DNA of 64,000 nt from Microthyrium microscopicum (lineage: Eukaryota), in the NCBI GenBank assembly GCA_010405405.1, contig MU004231.1, forward strand, positions 1,166,153 through 1,230,152, read 5' to 3'. The position numbers were made by a program, and so were the translations under genes. The notes beneath the pieces are model-generated. The model searched no databases. It worked only from the letters and a program-made list of their open reading frames with translations, and was not told the DNA's origin. Below, one piece after another: positions 27,589 to 41,088 of the stretch. Position 1 is the stretch's first letter; each line of letters begins with the position of its first letter.

Positions 27589-28423
27589 ATGGAGATGTCA
27601 GCTACCGAGGCATTGCGACAGCAATCCACATCACCACCACCAGAGCCTCCGCCAGCCTCATCGAACATACGCGGTCGACGCGCCGAAGCCTTTGAAAAGT
27701 TACTAGACAACGCATTGGAGGCTACCTTTGCTAAAGTCTCATACGACAACTTTTCAGCATGCTTCCCGACTTGGGCTGCCTATAAAGCGCGTACGCTGGC
27801 TGATTTCCATGGCAAATTTGTTGGCAGGCTAAGGACAACATGCAATGTACGTTTTATTTCCATAAAGAGACGCGCCCAAATGATAGACCAGAGTCAAGTT
27901 AGCGAAGTGATATACTGACATTTCTTCCAGGAGAATTTCGAGTCCATAATTGAAGATCGAAAGGTCGTGCCTACGCTGAACTCACTCGACAATCTCATTG
28001 CGGACGCAATTGCGCGAAAAGAAGCCGCTGAAGCAGAAGCCAGCGCATCAGGCAATCTCATAAAAACTCCTTCTCCGTACGCACATGTCACGATCTTAAA
28101 TTATACCAGCTAACGAACGCCTTCTTAGACCACATTCATGGCCTGCAGACGCGCTTTTCGCAGCGCATTTGGCCCCATTCCTCACCCAACAAACTTCGAC
28201 CCTTGGTGGCCAGCTGTCCTCAGTAGAAGAGCAGAATATATCACTAGCAGAAACAGTCGCTCAGCAGAATCGCGAAATTGACATGCTTGTTGGCAATCTC
28301 GAGACAGTGATCCGAGACCTAGAGGCCGCTGCAGCTCTGGCTCAGGGTACAGAGTTACAAGGACTTTCTCAGGAAACACGGGACATGTCCAATGAACTCC
28401 ATGCCAATCATGCACCCACTTGA
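27589..28423 (+). CDS. NNF1: Kinetochore MIND complex subunit Nnf1, 3 exons
   Basis: GRRAEAFEKLLDNAL...VSYDNFSACFPT...|ENFESIIEDRKVVPTLNSLDNLIADA..R...|PH..P...LFAAHLAPFL, then a coiled coil. Introns approx. 27847-27930 and 28077-28128. Confidence 0.9.
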
Positions 28424-29712
28424 GGAGACGGTTTTCTGGCACTACCGGAATCTATCAATGACACGAGTGGAATCACATCAATTTGTCAGTGCCCGATATT
28501 GAAGAACCCAAACGCCTCTTCCGTCGCTCGATGATCTAGGATGCAAAAAAACCAACTACTAGCAATCCATACCAGGGACAAACCATCAAAAGCGACGCCC
28601 GCGTGCATCAAACTCTGAGAGACAATCAATAGAACAGGAACCAATATCCTAAATCGACAACAACAGATGTAGGTATACCCCTCATCCACCCCCCAAATTG
28701 CGCACATAGGTACACACACAGCGAAGACCCAAGTACTATTTATTTATCACCAGCAAAGCCCAGAATCATAACCCAAAAAAGTGAATGCACGCAACCCAAA
28801 CCAGCTCCAGCTACACTGCCGCCAACCCCCAAAAAGTCCCTTTCAAACCCCACCACGTAGCACATCGACACCCAAACCACGAGAGGAAGGCAGGTGTGAA
28901 CGGCCACGCACATCCCAGCTAACGAGCAGGGGGAGGTAAACAGACGGTCGGGTCTTGATAGGCCATAGATCCCAAAAAATGCCATGGGATTTTCAAGGAT
29001 CTAGGCTGTTCAGACACGTTGGTGCAATATCGGCAGGGCTTCTAGGATAGAGGATTTTTGGACTTGGGATCCTGGCTTGGTTCGAGAGCATGTGGGCAGT
29101 GCAAGGAATTGGTGGTAGTAGTGGGATGATTTATTACTTGTTGCAAGATCGGCTATCAGCGGGGTTGATGAAAGAAATGTTTCAAAAGATCTTCATCGTT
29201 TATGCGCGAAAAGTGAGGTCACGGAGGGGAAAAGAATATGCACAATCAGCTAGGAATAGTAGTAGGATAAGATTATATTTTGATTCTTGCAGAGTCTTTG
29301 TCCTGCTTAGATCAGCTCTTGTGACTTGTGAGCTTTGAATGAATCCAATTAGCGCCGTTTCCGTCTGCCATGTTCCATCTGGCGACCAAATACATTAGGA
29401 AAAAGTTGGACAAAATGAATGCTGAATGGGGTATCTCAAAGATTTAACGACCAAAGGAAAAGCGTAGTGGTGGATCGTCGGGGTGAAACAAATAAATGAT
29501 GCTGTCTGCGAGCTATAGATCGCTCGCGATATGAGATGCTAGGGGTAAAAACACCAGTATAGATGAATTCAAACGAGTTTGCAAAGTCGTGAAATCATGC
29601 AGATCTTGCGATATTCAAACTGATCGAGTAGTGCGTGTCAGAGACCCATCTTTGAACAAGCGTCTGCTTTGCCAGCGACTTTTGGGGGCGAGTCGTTGCA
29701 CGCCATTTATAT

Positions 29713-31359
29713 TTATAAAACCAAGCCAGTGAATGCGTGCACTGCGCTGTCCTCGACATGACTTATTGTTCTCCTTCGTCGTAGTTCTGGAGCTTCTGCT
29801 GGCTTTCCCAAGTGCAGCAATGCCTTGACCAAGGGAAACTCGTCTTGTCGGTCATCTGTATTCAACTGATGATTGAGAGAGACACGAGTGGAGACTGGCT
29901 CGATTGCATCTCCAGATGATCCAACCGTGAGCCCCGCAGTGCTGTGAATGCTGTTGCCATCATTATCGTCTCCTCGTGTGGGAGAACGGAAAGCGGGACT
30001 ATGTTCGTCGTCCGAGCTCATTGGGGCAATATTACTTTGCGGTCGCAATGAGCTGAGTGGTTGCACACGGTCGCGAGCTGACTGGCCGGAAACATCGCGT
30101 CGCTTCGGGCCGCGGGGATATCGCGGTGGGCTAAGTTCGAATGGTCGAAGAACGCCCTTCTTTGTGTCGATTCGCCAGCGGACGCCTTTATGGAAAACGA
30201 TATCTGAGGATCGAGGAGAGAATTTATACATGATTGGCATGCAACGACGACGGTATCTGAGAAGAGATTCGTGTGATATGTGGGTAGCCTGATCGCGGCT
30301 CTTTGGATCATATTCGTTATTGCGAGGATCTCCTCTCATTTCTGTGACATCGGCTGGGTCAAATTCGTCCATGTCGGCGTCGCCCGTAGAGACCACTCTC
30401 TCCAATGCATTGGGCACAGCTAGTCTATTTTGTGTGACAGGTTGCTCTTGACTTGTTGGATCGGCCAGGTTCGGATAGAATTCGCGTAATATACGCTCTT
30501 GCTGTTCGACAAGTCTACTGCTCACAGTTTCAAGATTGATTGCCGGCGTGGTAATCTCGTTCCTGTACCAATTCTCTAGCTGCCTTTGTCGCCTGGATCT
30601 TCGTGGTAAGCTTCGATACCTGGGATCAGTGCGATCCTCGATGGGTGGAGAGATATCAATTCCTTCGCATATACTCTCACACCAATCGAGCATGATCTGT
30701 TCGGAGTCGAACGAGAACAGTATTTGATAACCTTCCACGCGCATCCGCAATAGCCACTCTTTCTGTTGTTCGAATAGTTCTGGTCGGGTTTTTTGCAGCT
30801 TTTGCCGTACATTGCTAGGCAGCATGTTGAGTATAAGATTTTTGGGTGTGTTTTCATCTGGCTTCACATCGACCGCGAGTCCAACTTCGGCATGTTGAAG
30901 ACTAAATTGAGCCACCTTCTTGCCAGGCCTTGGTGCGGATTTCTTGGAGCCTAGGCTGGATTTGACCCAATGCAAAGATATTTGTGTCCCCCGAAGGCAT
31001 GCATACACCTTCTGCCACATCCGGTCGCTCTGTCCGTCCATGAAAGGATCTCGAAATTCTATCATAAGACCAACCACTCCAGACCGTTGGACTGAGCAAG
31101 AATATGCTGGGAGGGCAACATCCTTATCTGGAGTCAGCGATTGTTGTAGGGGAAGTGTCTTGGCGATATGGTATGTTGGCGGAGGATCATCGAGAGCGTG
31201 TGTATGAAAGGAATTGTGGTATCCGTAGGGTAATGGACCCTTATTGGCAATAAGTGCAGGCCTTGGAGATGATGTATTTGCGTGCGTTTCTGATGCTTGT
31301 ATAATGTCTGCTCCCGGTTGAGCCATTCCGGTCGTGGTCATTGTTATTGTTGTTGACAT
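29713..31359 (-). CDS. PH-domain protein (fungal YHR131C-like family)
   Basis: Long single ORF with LPAYSCSV, WQKVYACLRGTQISLH, FSLQHAEVGLA, LRMRVEGYQILF and W...I..GIDIS.PIEDR. First ATG at 31359. Confidence 0.85.
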   Translation of the reverse strand: MSTTITMTTTGMAQPGADIIQASETHANTSSPRPALIANKGPLPYGYHNSFHTHALDDPPPTYHIAKTLPLQQSLTPDKDVALPAYSCSVQRSGVVGLMIEFRDPFMDGQSDRMWQKVYACLRGTQISLHWVKSSLGSKKSAPRPGKKVAQFSLQHAEVGLAVDVKPDENTPKNLILNMLPSNVRQKLQKTRPELFEQQKEWLLRMRVEGYQILFSFDSEQIMLDWCESICEGIDISPPIEDRTDPRYRSLPRRSRRQRQLENWYRNEITTPAINLETVSSRLVEQQERILREFYPNLADPTSQEQPVTQNRLAVPNALERVVSTGDADMDEFDPADVTEMRGDPRNNEYDPKSRDQATHISHESLLRYRRRCMPIMYKFSPRSSDIVFHKGVRWRIDTKKGVLRPFELSPPRYPRGPKRRDVSGQSARDRVQPLSSLRPQSNIAPMSSDDEHSPAFRSPTRGDDNDGNSIHSTAGLTVGSSGDAIEPVSTRVSLNHQLNTDDRQDEFPLVKALLHLGKPAEAPELRRRRTISHVEDSAVHAFTGLVL

Positions 31360-34300
31360 GGCGGATTGTGGAGGATGAAGTGTCTGCGTCGAGAACAAAG
31401 CGGCTGAGGAGGATTCAATAGGATCGACAATTGGCGAAAAGACGAGACGATAACTAAGTGTTGTTGAAATCGACCAAGGTGGACAGATTGTTTAGCATGG
31501 CAGAGGCAAACAGGTGTCCATTCTTCTGCAGGGTCAGAGTAGGATGGTGACTTGTACAACAGCTGAGGTGAGACTACAACAAGACAAGGGTGTTCCAAGG
31601 GAGAAGTGTCTGAGATTATGAGGGTGTTATCCAGGTGTTGTAGTGTTGGAAGCGGTAAGGATAGGACAAAGATAAGAAGAAAGGAATAAAAATAATAGGG
31701 ATGAGATGCTCAGTTGAGCAGTATTGATGGAGAGCAGAGAAGGAGAGAAAGTGAAGCGGGAGAAGAAGTTGCAGGTCAGGCCTGAGTGGAGTCAATGGTA
31801 GTCTTTGGTGGTGACGATGGCGTTGGTTCCGCAACGACGCAAGCGCGAGCAGTAACACTGCTTACTGGTAGCGATCTCTTTTGGCGGATTTGGCGGTCGA
31901 CGGAACCTTTCTTTCGCGAAGGATCGTGGCTAGTCTTTGTCTGAGCCTCCTACTTTCTGGGACTCTAGGTAACTCAGGAGTGAAAAGTCTCCGCTCAAGG
32001 TATGAGTGGATGAAGAGAATCGAGATGCGGAAGAGTAATGTGGGTTGGGCCAGACAATGGTCTTGACAGGCTGACTGCTTCAAGAATGGTGGAGATTTAA
32101 TGGATTGGATGTAAAGGAAGTGCCAAGCTTATGTGAGAGACTGACAACTGCCCAAAACCCAGACAAAGAGTCGTCGACAGAAGCCTTGATTATTCCTTGT
32201 TGTTTAACCGGGCTATGTTTAAAGCTGCCTTAGTTCTGGAGAGTCACGCAAGCTTGCCTGCAAAGTCCCAAAAAGGATACTCAGAATTTGGTCTTTGTTT
32301 GATCATTTGCTGCCTGCTGCCACTGGCCTAGAGACTGGCAAGTCCCGCGCCTCTGGCTCCGTCTGTGAAGGAATGCATCCTGCGCCCACCCAAACCAACG
32401 CCTAACCCATCACCAAACTCATTTTGTCTTCTTTACTATCCACCACTCTCTAGCCTATGCACAACTACTGCACGGTATAGTACGGTTGACGACTCTTCGG
32501 AAACACATCTGAAGGTCCAGAGCTTGGACAATCCAGATAGGAGGTCTCAAAAGAACTTGCTCCTGTCAATTTCCGCATCAAAGCATGAAGTGACCAAGTC
32601 ATGTTTCTTCCATCTGTCTTTGGGAGATCTACGCTGGGATATATGTAGCTGGTCAAGCAAAAGTGATCAATAGAGGTTGATGCTGCCCACATATCAGCCA
32701 GGATCTTTCATATTATCCTTGCCAATCGAAACACTTTGACGACTCAAGGTCATTGAAACCATGCAGCGATCTGCTCCATCATTATCCTCCATTTCTTTTC
32801 CACCTACTTCTTGTGCATACGCTGCATTACTCTCAACTACTAATCCTGGTCTGGCAGCGCGAGAAACTGGTTAAACCTTCTGTATTCCTCCCCACCTGAA
32901 GGTAGCGCATGTCTTTCTCCGCTCTTAACCTGTTCATGTGCTCTCTAGCATCCTGCAGCTAACTCCACCACTATTCTGTGTCCACCCAGATCCAGCCTTT
33001 TCCATTGCCCAGCTTTTGCTAGGTAATCATTACCGAAAACTTCCATTCAAACGCTCCAAGCTAGCGTGCCTATTTGGGTCAGATCTTGATTTTTCTAGGG
33101 ACAACCAATCACTAACTCGAAGGACGCCCACTAAATTTAGTGGCGCCGCGACCCAAATAGGCACGCTAGCTTGGAGCGTTTGAATCGAAGTTTTCGGTAC
33201 ACATGTGCAGCCAAGTAGACACACAGCACAGCTCGTAGTACCCGTTCCTATTTTTCTCATCCTAGGTATGCCCATAGGCATCGTAAACTGATATCTGAAA
33301 ACCCGACTACTAAAACACCCGGGTCAAGGATGGTGGTTTTCAAAGGCTCGAGCTTTGCTTTTGTTTCCTGCCATGCGGCTACTCCCAAAGACATCCCGCG
33401 TCTTAGCGTCCAGTCTAACGCGAGATATATTGCCCAATCTGCCATGATATAGATCTGACTGCCTACTATTGGCAGCCATTTGTCTGCTCAGCGGCACACA
33501 ATCGACAACCTCTGGTTGGTTTTTTGCATAGCTGTTCTTTTTTTTATCTACCCCACTGGCCTTGCGCTGCTGAATGATTCAGTGTATTGGTATCAGTGAT
33601 TCACGGCCCTTGAGCTTTTTCGTTGCACAAGCCAGGGACGCGCACGACACTCGCAAGCTGTATGCCTGTGGTAAAGAAAACATTGTACCGGTATACGAAT
33701 TATCTTGTCTCGTGCTCTCTGGGAACCGGATAAACTGCGAATGGGTCGTATGACGTCTCTTGTGGCGCGCTGGTAACGCCTCATGTCCAATTTTGGACTT
33801 GCATCTCCACTCCGGAGAACTCCTCCTTCGTAACGGTCCTGGAGGCGTGATATTTGCGAACTGGCGGGTCCGGATTTGGGAATGCCTTTGCGATGGGGCT
33901 GTTCGCTGGCTGTTCATCGGATCTCGGGAAATCGAAAGGGGAAATCAAGAATCAAGACAATCTCGAAGTGTGCAAAATGAATTTGTCGCGGCTTGCAGCG
34001 ATGCTTGTAGTTGGTGTTTTCAAAGGTTATTTTGGATTACATTTTCCGATACCCCAGGTAATATCGCCTATGTAGTTGCGGTTTCTTTTTGATATCAATT
34101 TAGGGCCTTGAAACATCTGAGAATGCTTTGCTTGAATGATCTGATTGGTAGATAGTTCTCGTATATGCCCCATATCACAGTGGCTGATGATTTACCAATT
34201 TCTTTTTTATGCCTAACGTTCACGATGTTCGCCACTGCACTAGCTATTTCCAATTTGGTCGATCGTTACGCCTCTTCTTCACGTCAGTTCTGATAGCCGC

Positions 34301-34863
34301 TGTTGCCGTTCGATAACGTGGGGACAAATGTCGATCTTATCTTGGGTGTAAGCAGATTTAAGCTTTTCAGTCTTACTTCGTCTATGAGGTTGCAGAGAAC
34401 GTGAGTCGACTTGAAAAGCTGTTCTTGATCATATCAAAAGTAAACTCTTTTCATCGTCAAAGTCTCAAACATTTTATTCATTTCCCCCTATGATCTTTGG
34501 CATCTTCTGCTTCTAGAGCTATTTGGAAAGTATTGGCCTAGTAAATACTCTAGCCTTTACACGCATAGCAATGACTCGGGCATCAAGTCACGAGTTTGGA
34601 ACATACTTCGTCTCGACTTCAAGTGCAGGTTTTCTATAACTTAATGTGCGGCTAATTGAAACTGTTATTAAGTGTCTTTGACATAGTTCGTGCTTGTAAG
34701 TATCTTCATTCAGAAGATACCTAGCAAAGACGCAGTCAAACTTATGGCATCTCGAGCGCTGGCACAATCTCGAGAATACCACATTATTCACCATACCTTA
34801 CCAACCCTTCCAGCCCAATCCATACCACCACTAACCCACTAACCCAACAATACCATCATCCCA

Positions 34864-35970
34864 TCAAGAACTCTCTCCCATCTTCCCTTGCCCTTTCCCC
34901 TTCCCACCACCACCTCTCTTCGCCGCCCTAGCAATCTTCCGTCCCTGCGCATACGTCGAAAGCGCCTCACCCGGTGACTTGCGACTCCAGCCCACCGGAT
35001 GATTATTCCGCGGATACGGCCGCTCCACAATCCCTCCCAAACCACTTCCTAGACGCTGCGCCCCTTGCAGCTGCGCAGAATCCTACTCCGCAACAACAGC
35101 ATGAGTCTCAACATATGCGCGATTCAACCGCTGGCCATTGGGCGCGATTTTGTAGTGGGAGAGGCGGATGTGCTCCATCATGCTGAGGAAGCCTTTTACC
35201 CAGTTGAAGGTTTTGCCGGCTTTGCGGCCGTTGCCATCTATGAAGCGTGGTCAGTGACGGATGGGAGGGTGGGAAGGAATGAAGGAAGGGCGTGTGTGAA
35301 AGGGGGATGGGGGGGTGGGGGTGGTGAGCTTACGGCATACTGGGCAGCGGAGCTCGACGATTTTGCCGGTTTCGAGCTCGACTAGGGATTTGTAGTAGCG
35401 GAGCTTGGTGTTGTGGCATTTTTGCCAGATGATGGGTTCTTCTGGGGCGGGTTCTGGGGTGGGTTCTGGGGCGGCGGCGACTGCTGGGTGCTCTATAGGG
35501 ATGCTTGGGGAGGTTTGGGGGAGGAATGGATTCAGAGCGTGGTAAGTCTTGGGGGTATACGTACCAGCGGTCGCGTATGATGTTGGCGCGTATGGAGTAT
35601 TGCTAAGGTAAGAAAGATCACTGTAATCTGGGACCAAGCCGGTGGTGTAAGAAGCAGTGGGATCATAAAAGCCCCCAAAATTAGTGAGAGGGGACGATAT
35701 CTGGTTTGGCCCCATAGCATAATCTGTCGCGTTGAATGGTCCAGGAAACATATTGACTTGAGCATTAGGAAAATGAAAAGCGTCGTTGAATGGCACCGCA
35801 ATATCTGGCACCGCTGGCTGGAAATTAAAAGGCATCGCGTTTTCAACAGTTTGTTGACTCTGCGTCTCTTCCATTCTGGGGTCAAAAACATGACCATATG
35901 GAATGCCCAGTCTCGCTACTGTCAATCGCACACGCTCCAGTCGACTCCATTCTTCTTCCGTAGGGTCCAT
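34864..35970 (-). CDS. Family A paralog A1: zinc-finger-like protein with in-frame TAG (35085-35083) and 72-codon extension
   Basis: WQKCHNTKLRYYKSLVELETGKIVELRCPVC|HGNGRKAGKTFNWVKGFLSMMEHIRLSH...NRAYVETHAVVAE*DSAQ...IVERPYPRNNHPVGWSRKS. Intron 35333-35238. Confidence 0.8.
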
Positions 35971-36850
35971 GAAAGAAGCGGTTATCAATCGTACGACTCG
36001 GAGCGGTTTACAGAATTTGACCAGTCAAAGAGAGGAAACGAGATATCTCGCTTCGCCGTCAACTTGACATGCGCAGCGAAGCGGTATCAGACACATGCTG
36101 TCGATATGAAGCAGACTTATGAATGGATATCTGCAGTGTTGAGATATGGAGCGATGCAGGCATTACTTTAACACAGAAGAACTTTTGGTTCATGAGAACG
36201 TGTTGGCTTTGCTCCATGTTACTTGGAGGTTGTGCTCTACTAACGCTTTACCAAGCACGCTCAATATAACCGCTGACTCTTGAACCACAGGAGGGACCGG
36301 TTTACACGGGGTGCAAAGATCACGTAGGCGGATGTCGTAATGCTGTGTGAGGTTCAAGCATACTTGATCTGCCAAACAGCGAGAAGCACATTCATTAGCT
36401 AGAGTAAGATGCACCGGAGAGGAGAAGGCCAATGTCAATATTATCATGATCTTGTATTGTGTAAAGGCTAAGATGAGGCTTCCTTATACAGCACAACGAC
36501 AAGGAGCCTCTCGACAAACCTGGCAGTGGAAAGTCGAACCCGATTACACAACATCGAATCATTCTTTCAATTTTAGTCGGACCCAAGCAATTCGGCAGTA
36601 TGAAACATGCATTATACGCGTTTGGCATCCCGAGTCGGGAAGGCAAACTCCAAAATCACACTGCCGAATTCTTCCATCATTAGTTCTTTCAAACGCAAGC
36701 AATTTAGCAGATACCTTCCCATAGAGGTAAGAGTATCTCAACAACCATGAGATTCTGACATGTCCATAGCATACATTTCCATCGCAGCAACAATACCAAC
36801 AGGGGTGTTGCCAGTGCTACAGATCGAATCGAGCGGTACAAGTTGCCAGT

Positions 36851-38518
36851 TCAAGCAGCACGACGGCGCTTCTGTGGCTTTGAGTTCGCTGCTTCAGCAG
36901 GACGATGGCGCTTCTTTGCATCAGATGCGGCCGCTTCGGCAGCAGCTCTGGCCGCTTCTTCGGCAGCAAGCTTCTTCTTCTTGCGCATCGAGGCGGACCG
37001 ATTAGATGACTTGCGATCCCAGTCGTCTGGATGCTTGTTCTTGGGGAAAGAACGCTCAGTGATGGTACGTGGATGGGATGGATCCTAGTCATCCTTTTCC
37101 GCATGCTCCATCAGCCAACCGTAGTCCACTTTCTTTCCAATTTGGTGTCCCGCATGCACAACTCCTTCATGTGATAGCTGAACATGAAGTAGAAGCCCTT
37201 TGAAGCCTTGGACGCAGGCGAAAGACGCGTTGCCGATTTGGCGACCATTGCCTTCTATATTCGGGGTCAGTTCATGGTGTTGGATGAATCAAGGAAGGGC
37301 AGACATCAACTTACTGCAGATGGGACACTGAATCTCAATGATTCGGCCATCCTTTAGCTGCACTCTACAGCCTTGGAACTTGAGCTTAGTGGTACTGCAT
37401 TCCTTCCAGGTGGACATGGCCAAAGAATGACCTGTCATGACACCAACCACTTTGGCTTGCTCGAGTGATGGGACAAATGGGCTAGTCAGTGAAGTGTGCT
37501 CATTGTTGTTGGAGGCATCTAAATCGCCCGGAGAGGTGATTTGGTCTTCGTCAAAAGAGGAAGCGATGTCAGCTTCGTCATGGGCCACATCGTTATCTTC
37601 ACCAGAATAAGCATCGCCATGGCTAGAAGCTGTAGCTTTCTTTCCCTTCCAAGCACGTGCCATTCGCTGCACCTGTTGCTTCAAAACTCGTTAGTCGAAT
37701 AGATCCGAAACAAGTTAAAGAAAGTTACCTCGAGCACGTCGAAACGCTGACGGAAGTCGTTGTCGGGAGAGGCGGTTTCAAGGCTGTTATCAGAAGGTTC
37801 TTGAGATGTGCTAGGAGCAGGAGCGTGATCCTGATCAGCAGAAGTGAGTTTAACTTCGTTTAATTGTTTCTCCAATGCTTGTTAGCTGGGTAACTTCAAA
37901 AATATTTGAGAGAGACATACCTGCTGTATCTCGACGAGCTGAAGCAGTTCAGCGCGGGAAAGTCCTGCTGGGTTACGTTCCTGAAGCGGAATAGAAGATA
38001 TAAGTCGCGCAGTAGCATTGGTGTCCATCACATCAACAACGGGCAGTGGTGCTTCAGCTCCTAGTGCGGCATTGCCGGCTTGCGCAGGCATGGCTGTTGG
38101 AGAGTATCCGCTGGAAGTGGGCGCAAATAGTTCTTGGCTCGGATAGTGCTGGATGCGGGACTGGAAGTCCTGGATACCAGAAATGATGTCTTGGACTACT
38201 GCTTGGTCGGTCATAGGACTAAGGATTGGAGATTGTAAATGTTGCGACTCGAATTGGGGTGGTGGAAAAATGCTCTCAAATTCAGGTGTCGAGCCCGAGA
38301 TTTGCGTACCAGGATCCTGGTGAAGATTGTCGTTATCGGTGAGATCGGTACTGTAACCGTTCCAGTAAGGCGGATTGTAGTCCACGTCCTGGGACTCGTG
38401 CTGAAGGAGGTAATTAGCAAGCTGGCTTTTAGCAGAGGTACGTAGCAGAGGTAGATCTTGTGGAAATGTTCTCGTTAAAGCTAGCTGACAGCATTGAGAC
38501 TTTACTTACAAAGGACAT
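36851..38518 (-). CDS. Family A paralog A2, multi-exon, in-frame TAG (37087-37085) and 77-codon extension
   Basis: WKECSTTKLKFQGCRVQLKDGRIIEIQCPIC|KGNGRQIG...GFKGLLLHVQLSH...VDYGWLMEHAEKDD*DPSHPRTITERSFPKNKHPDDWDRKS...RKKKK. The 5' exon structure (start MSF at 38518) is tentative. Confidence 0.75.
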
Positions 38519-39478
38519 GGCGCCGACGAACAATCTGCGAGGCGTCTCTAACGAAGTGGTCGAGATGGTGTTTTGAGGTTTGGTGAAGATCTCGAACACC
38601 ACCGGCAGAGGAGAAGACTTTATAGTACGCGGTGGCAGCGCGTGGATTAGCGCGGAAGCAGTGGAGGAAGGTACGGCCACGAGGATCAACCTCTAAAGGC
38701 AAGAACACTGTAGTGCACCTACTCCAAAAGATTGACTAGCGGGCTGCTCTTTCCTCACGGGGCCACGGGCACACAGATCTATCGGGCTAAAGCAACACCC
38801 TTGCAATCCATGGTCAAACTGGGAGGCTCTATGCGAGATCAATGGCAAGATCAATCGAGGTTTTGGCAAGAAGCACCAATTCCGATCATGGCGATAACAT
38901 TGTTCTTCTGTCCCGTGAGCCATCATTCTATCCCTACAGAAAGAACTCAAAGTTGAGAGGAAAGTCCGGGTTTTATTGTGCGATGATATCACTTTTGGAT
39001 GGTAGGCTCTACTATCACTATGTTCCATATCAAAATAAAGACGTAACAAAGTCAAGCCCAATGGCGATAACTTGAACCTCCCGCCTCGTGAAAAAAAAAA
39101 TGCATTCTCGCGAGTGGTGGCTTTGGACTGACTTGACGCAAAAGAGATTGAAGGATCGAGGTTGGGAATGAGTGAAATCATCTTCGTCGGTAGAGCTATC
39201 AATATCCATTGGATCCGAATCAGGGTTGTTCTCAGTGAGTCTCTCACCCATAAGAGTATCACCATCGGGATCGACTGGCGGCACATTTGAATCTGGCTTC
39301 TTTTTTTTGACGGGCGTTGGCTTGGTGCGTCGCGGATCAAGAAGCCAATGGCAAAAGAACTTCATGAACTTTGATACTGTCTCTTCTTCGCCTGGTGCTG
39401 GATTCAACGGATCGACGTGAAGTTCGTTATCTTGCAACACAGCCCAGTCTGGCGCTCCATCGTTGCCCCGATGTTTCT

Positions 39479-39987
39479 TCACATCAGTGTTTGGGCTGTC
39501 GCCACAGGTGGACCTGCTGCAATGGGGCCATAGACTAAAGTTGGGAGAACAAAAGGAGGCCGTGTCGGTTGTTGCGCGATCGCAGCACGTTGTGCCTGTG
39601 TGAGAGTTCCTGCACTTGTGACGCCAGTATTGGGAGTGCCTGCGAGGTATGAACGATGGGCAATGGTCAGTGGAATCGCCGGACTCTATCGGGCATATTC
39701 CGAGTGTCGCATAACCCATGCCGGGTTTAGAGGACCTGCATAAGGACCTGCATTTGGTAGATGGCTGTGGTTTTTCCTGATATGGCTGGAGTCCTTTTAC
39801 TCCTTTAGTCGATTTGAAATGGCCTTCCATTCGGCCGTTACCACCTAGAGAGATTATGGTTAGATTCTATTGGAGGGAGGAAAGAGTGATATAGGACAGT
39901 ACTTACCACATATCGGGCATCGGAGTTCTGCTATGAGGCTTCGGTTGACTAGGGCCAAGATACCACAATTGTGTCAGATTCCCATAT
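39479..39987 (-). pseudogene. Family A paralog A3, 5'-truncated and frameshifted; retains the homologous TAG (39688-39686)
   Basis: IWESDT/fs/GILALVNRSLIAELRCPIC|GGNGRMEGHFKSTKGVKGLQ/fs/HIRKNH...NPAWVMRHSEYAR*SPAIPLTIAHRSYLAGTPN. Closest to A4. No upstream ORF. Confidence 0.75.
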
Positions 39988-41088
39988 TCAGACTAGACGT
40001 CGGTTTCATTCAAGTAAAGATATATATAAGTTTCGACTGATAGTTTCATCGGTCACTGTGATATATATGAGATAACACGACAACACACATGAGCTCACTG
40101 ATTAATGTTTCAGATACTGTCGTGGTGAAATGCTTGTATTAAGTACTAGTTCGTCATGCCTCCAGAAAGACCAAACTTCAATATATAACGGTTGCTATAA
40201 TCTATCTGCGATTCTATTTGACATATAGTCCAAAGGACGGCTCTTGTGCGGGAACAGATATGAAATAGAAGTAAGCAAATACGTTAAAGCCTCTAAGGTG
40301 ACATCTTGGCTCATACAAGAGACAATCCGCTTGCAGTAGTACTCTACCAACAAGCTGCGCTTGTGATCGCAGACAAATTGGATCAGGCAAGCCATAGAAT
40401 TTGATTTCGTCGAACCTCAGTACAATTGCGGCCAGAGCTCTGAAGCATTAACCTATTCCTCCAGATACCTACTGTAATAGACAAGATTATTGTATTAGCA
40501 GAAGATTCTTTGATCTTAATTTCTCAGATATCTAGCAAACTGAAGGTTGATTAGACAGGTTTTCAGAGCATCAGGTGAGCAGCTCAGCTATGTGTGTTAC
40601 TCTCGTGATGCCTGATCCGCATCCAACAGAGCTCATTTCGTAGTCACGAGAGTAAATAGTCCCTGTTGGAAAGGACTGTCGCGATCAACTGTGCTTTGAC
40701 TTGCATTTGCGCTGGTTTTTGCCGCAGAACAGCAATGACATATGTTTTCATTTAGATGAGAGGACAGAGATGACACATATGAGAAACATGGCGACTCGGT
40801 TTATTGTACATATTTCATATTCTGACTATTTTACAATAGTAATGGGGACTATCTAATGATGCAGAGCTTTTGGTTTGTGAAGATACAGCACATGCTCGTC
40901 TTCAAAGAAGCAATAACAAAAACAAGGATTGACCAATGGACTCATGAGCAAGCTTCAAACACTTTTCTTCCCTCAACAACGCCTCTTGGATGACATCGCC
41001 AACGCCTCTGACCCTATGTATTAACTTCTCGTCAATTCAATGTCAATCTGGACGACAGCTCTTATGGTCTCGCTCCTGAGAGTCCTGA

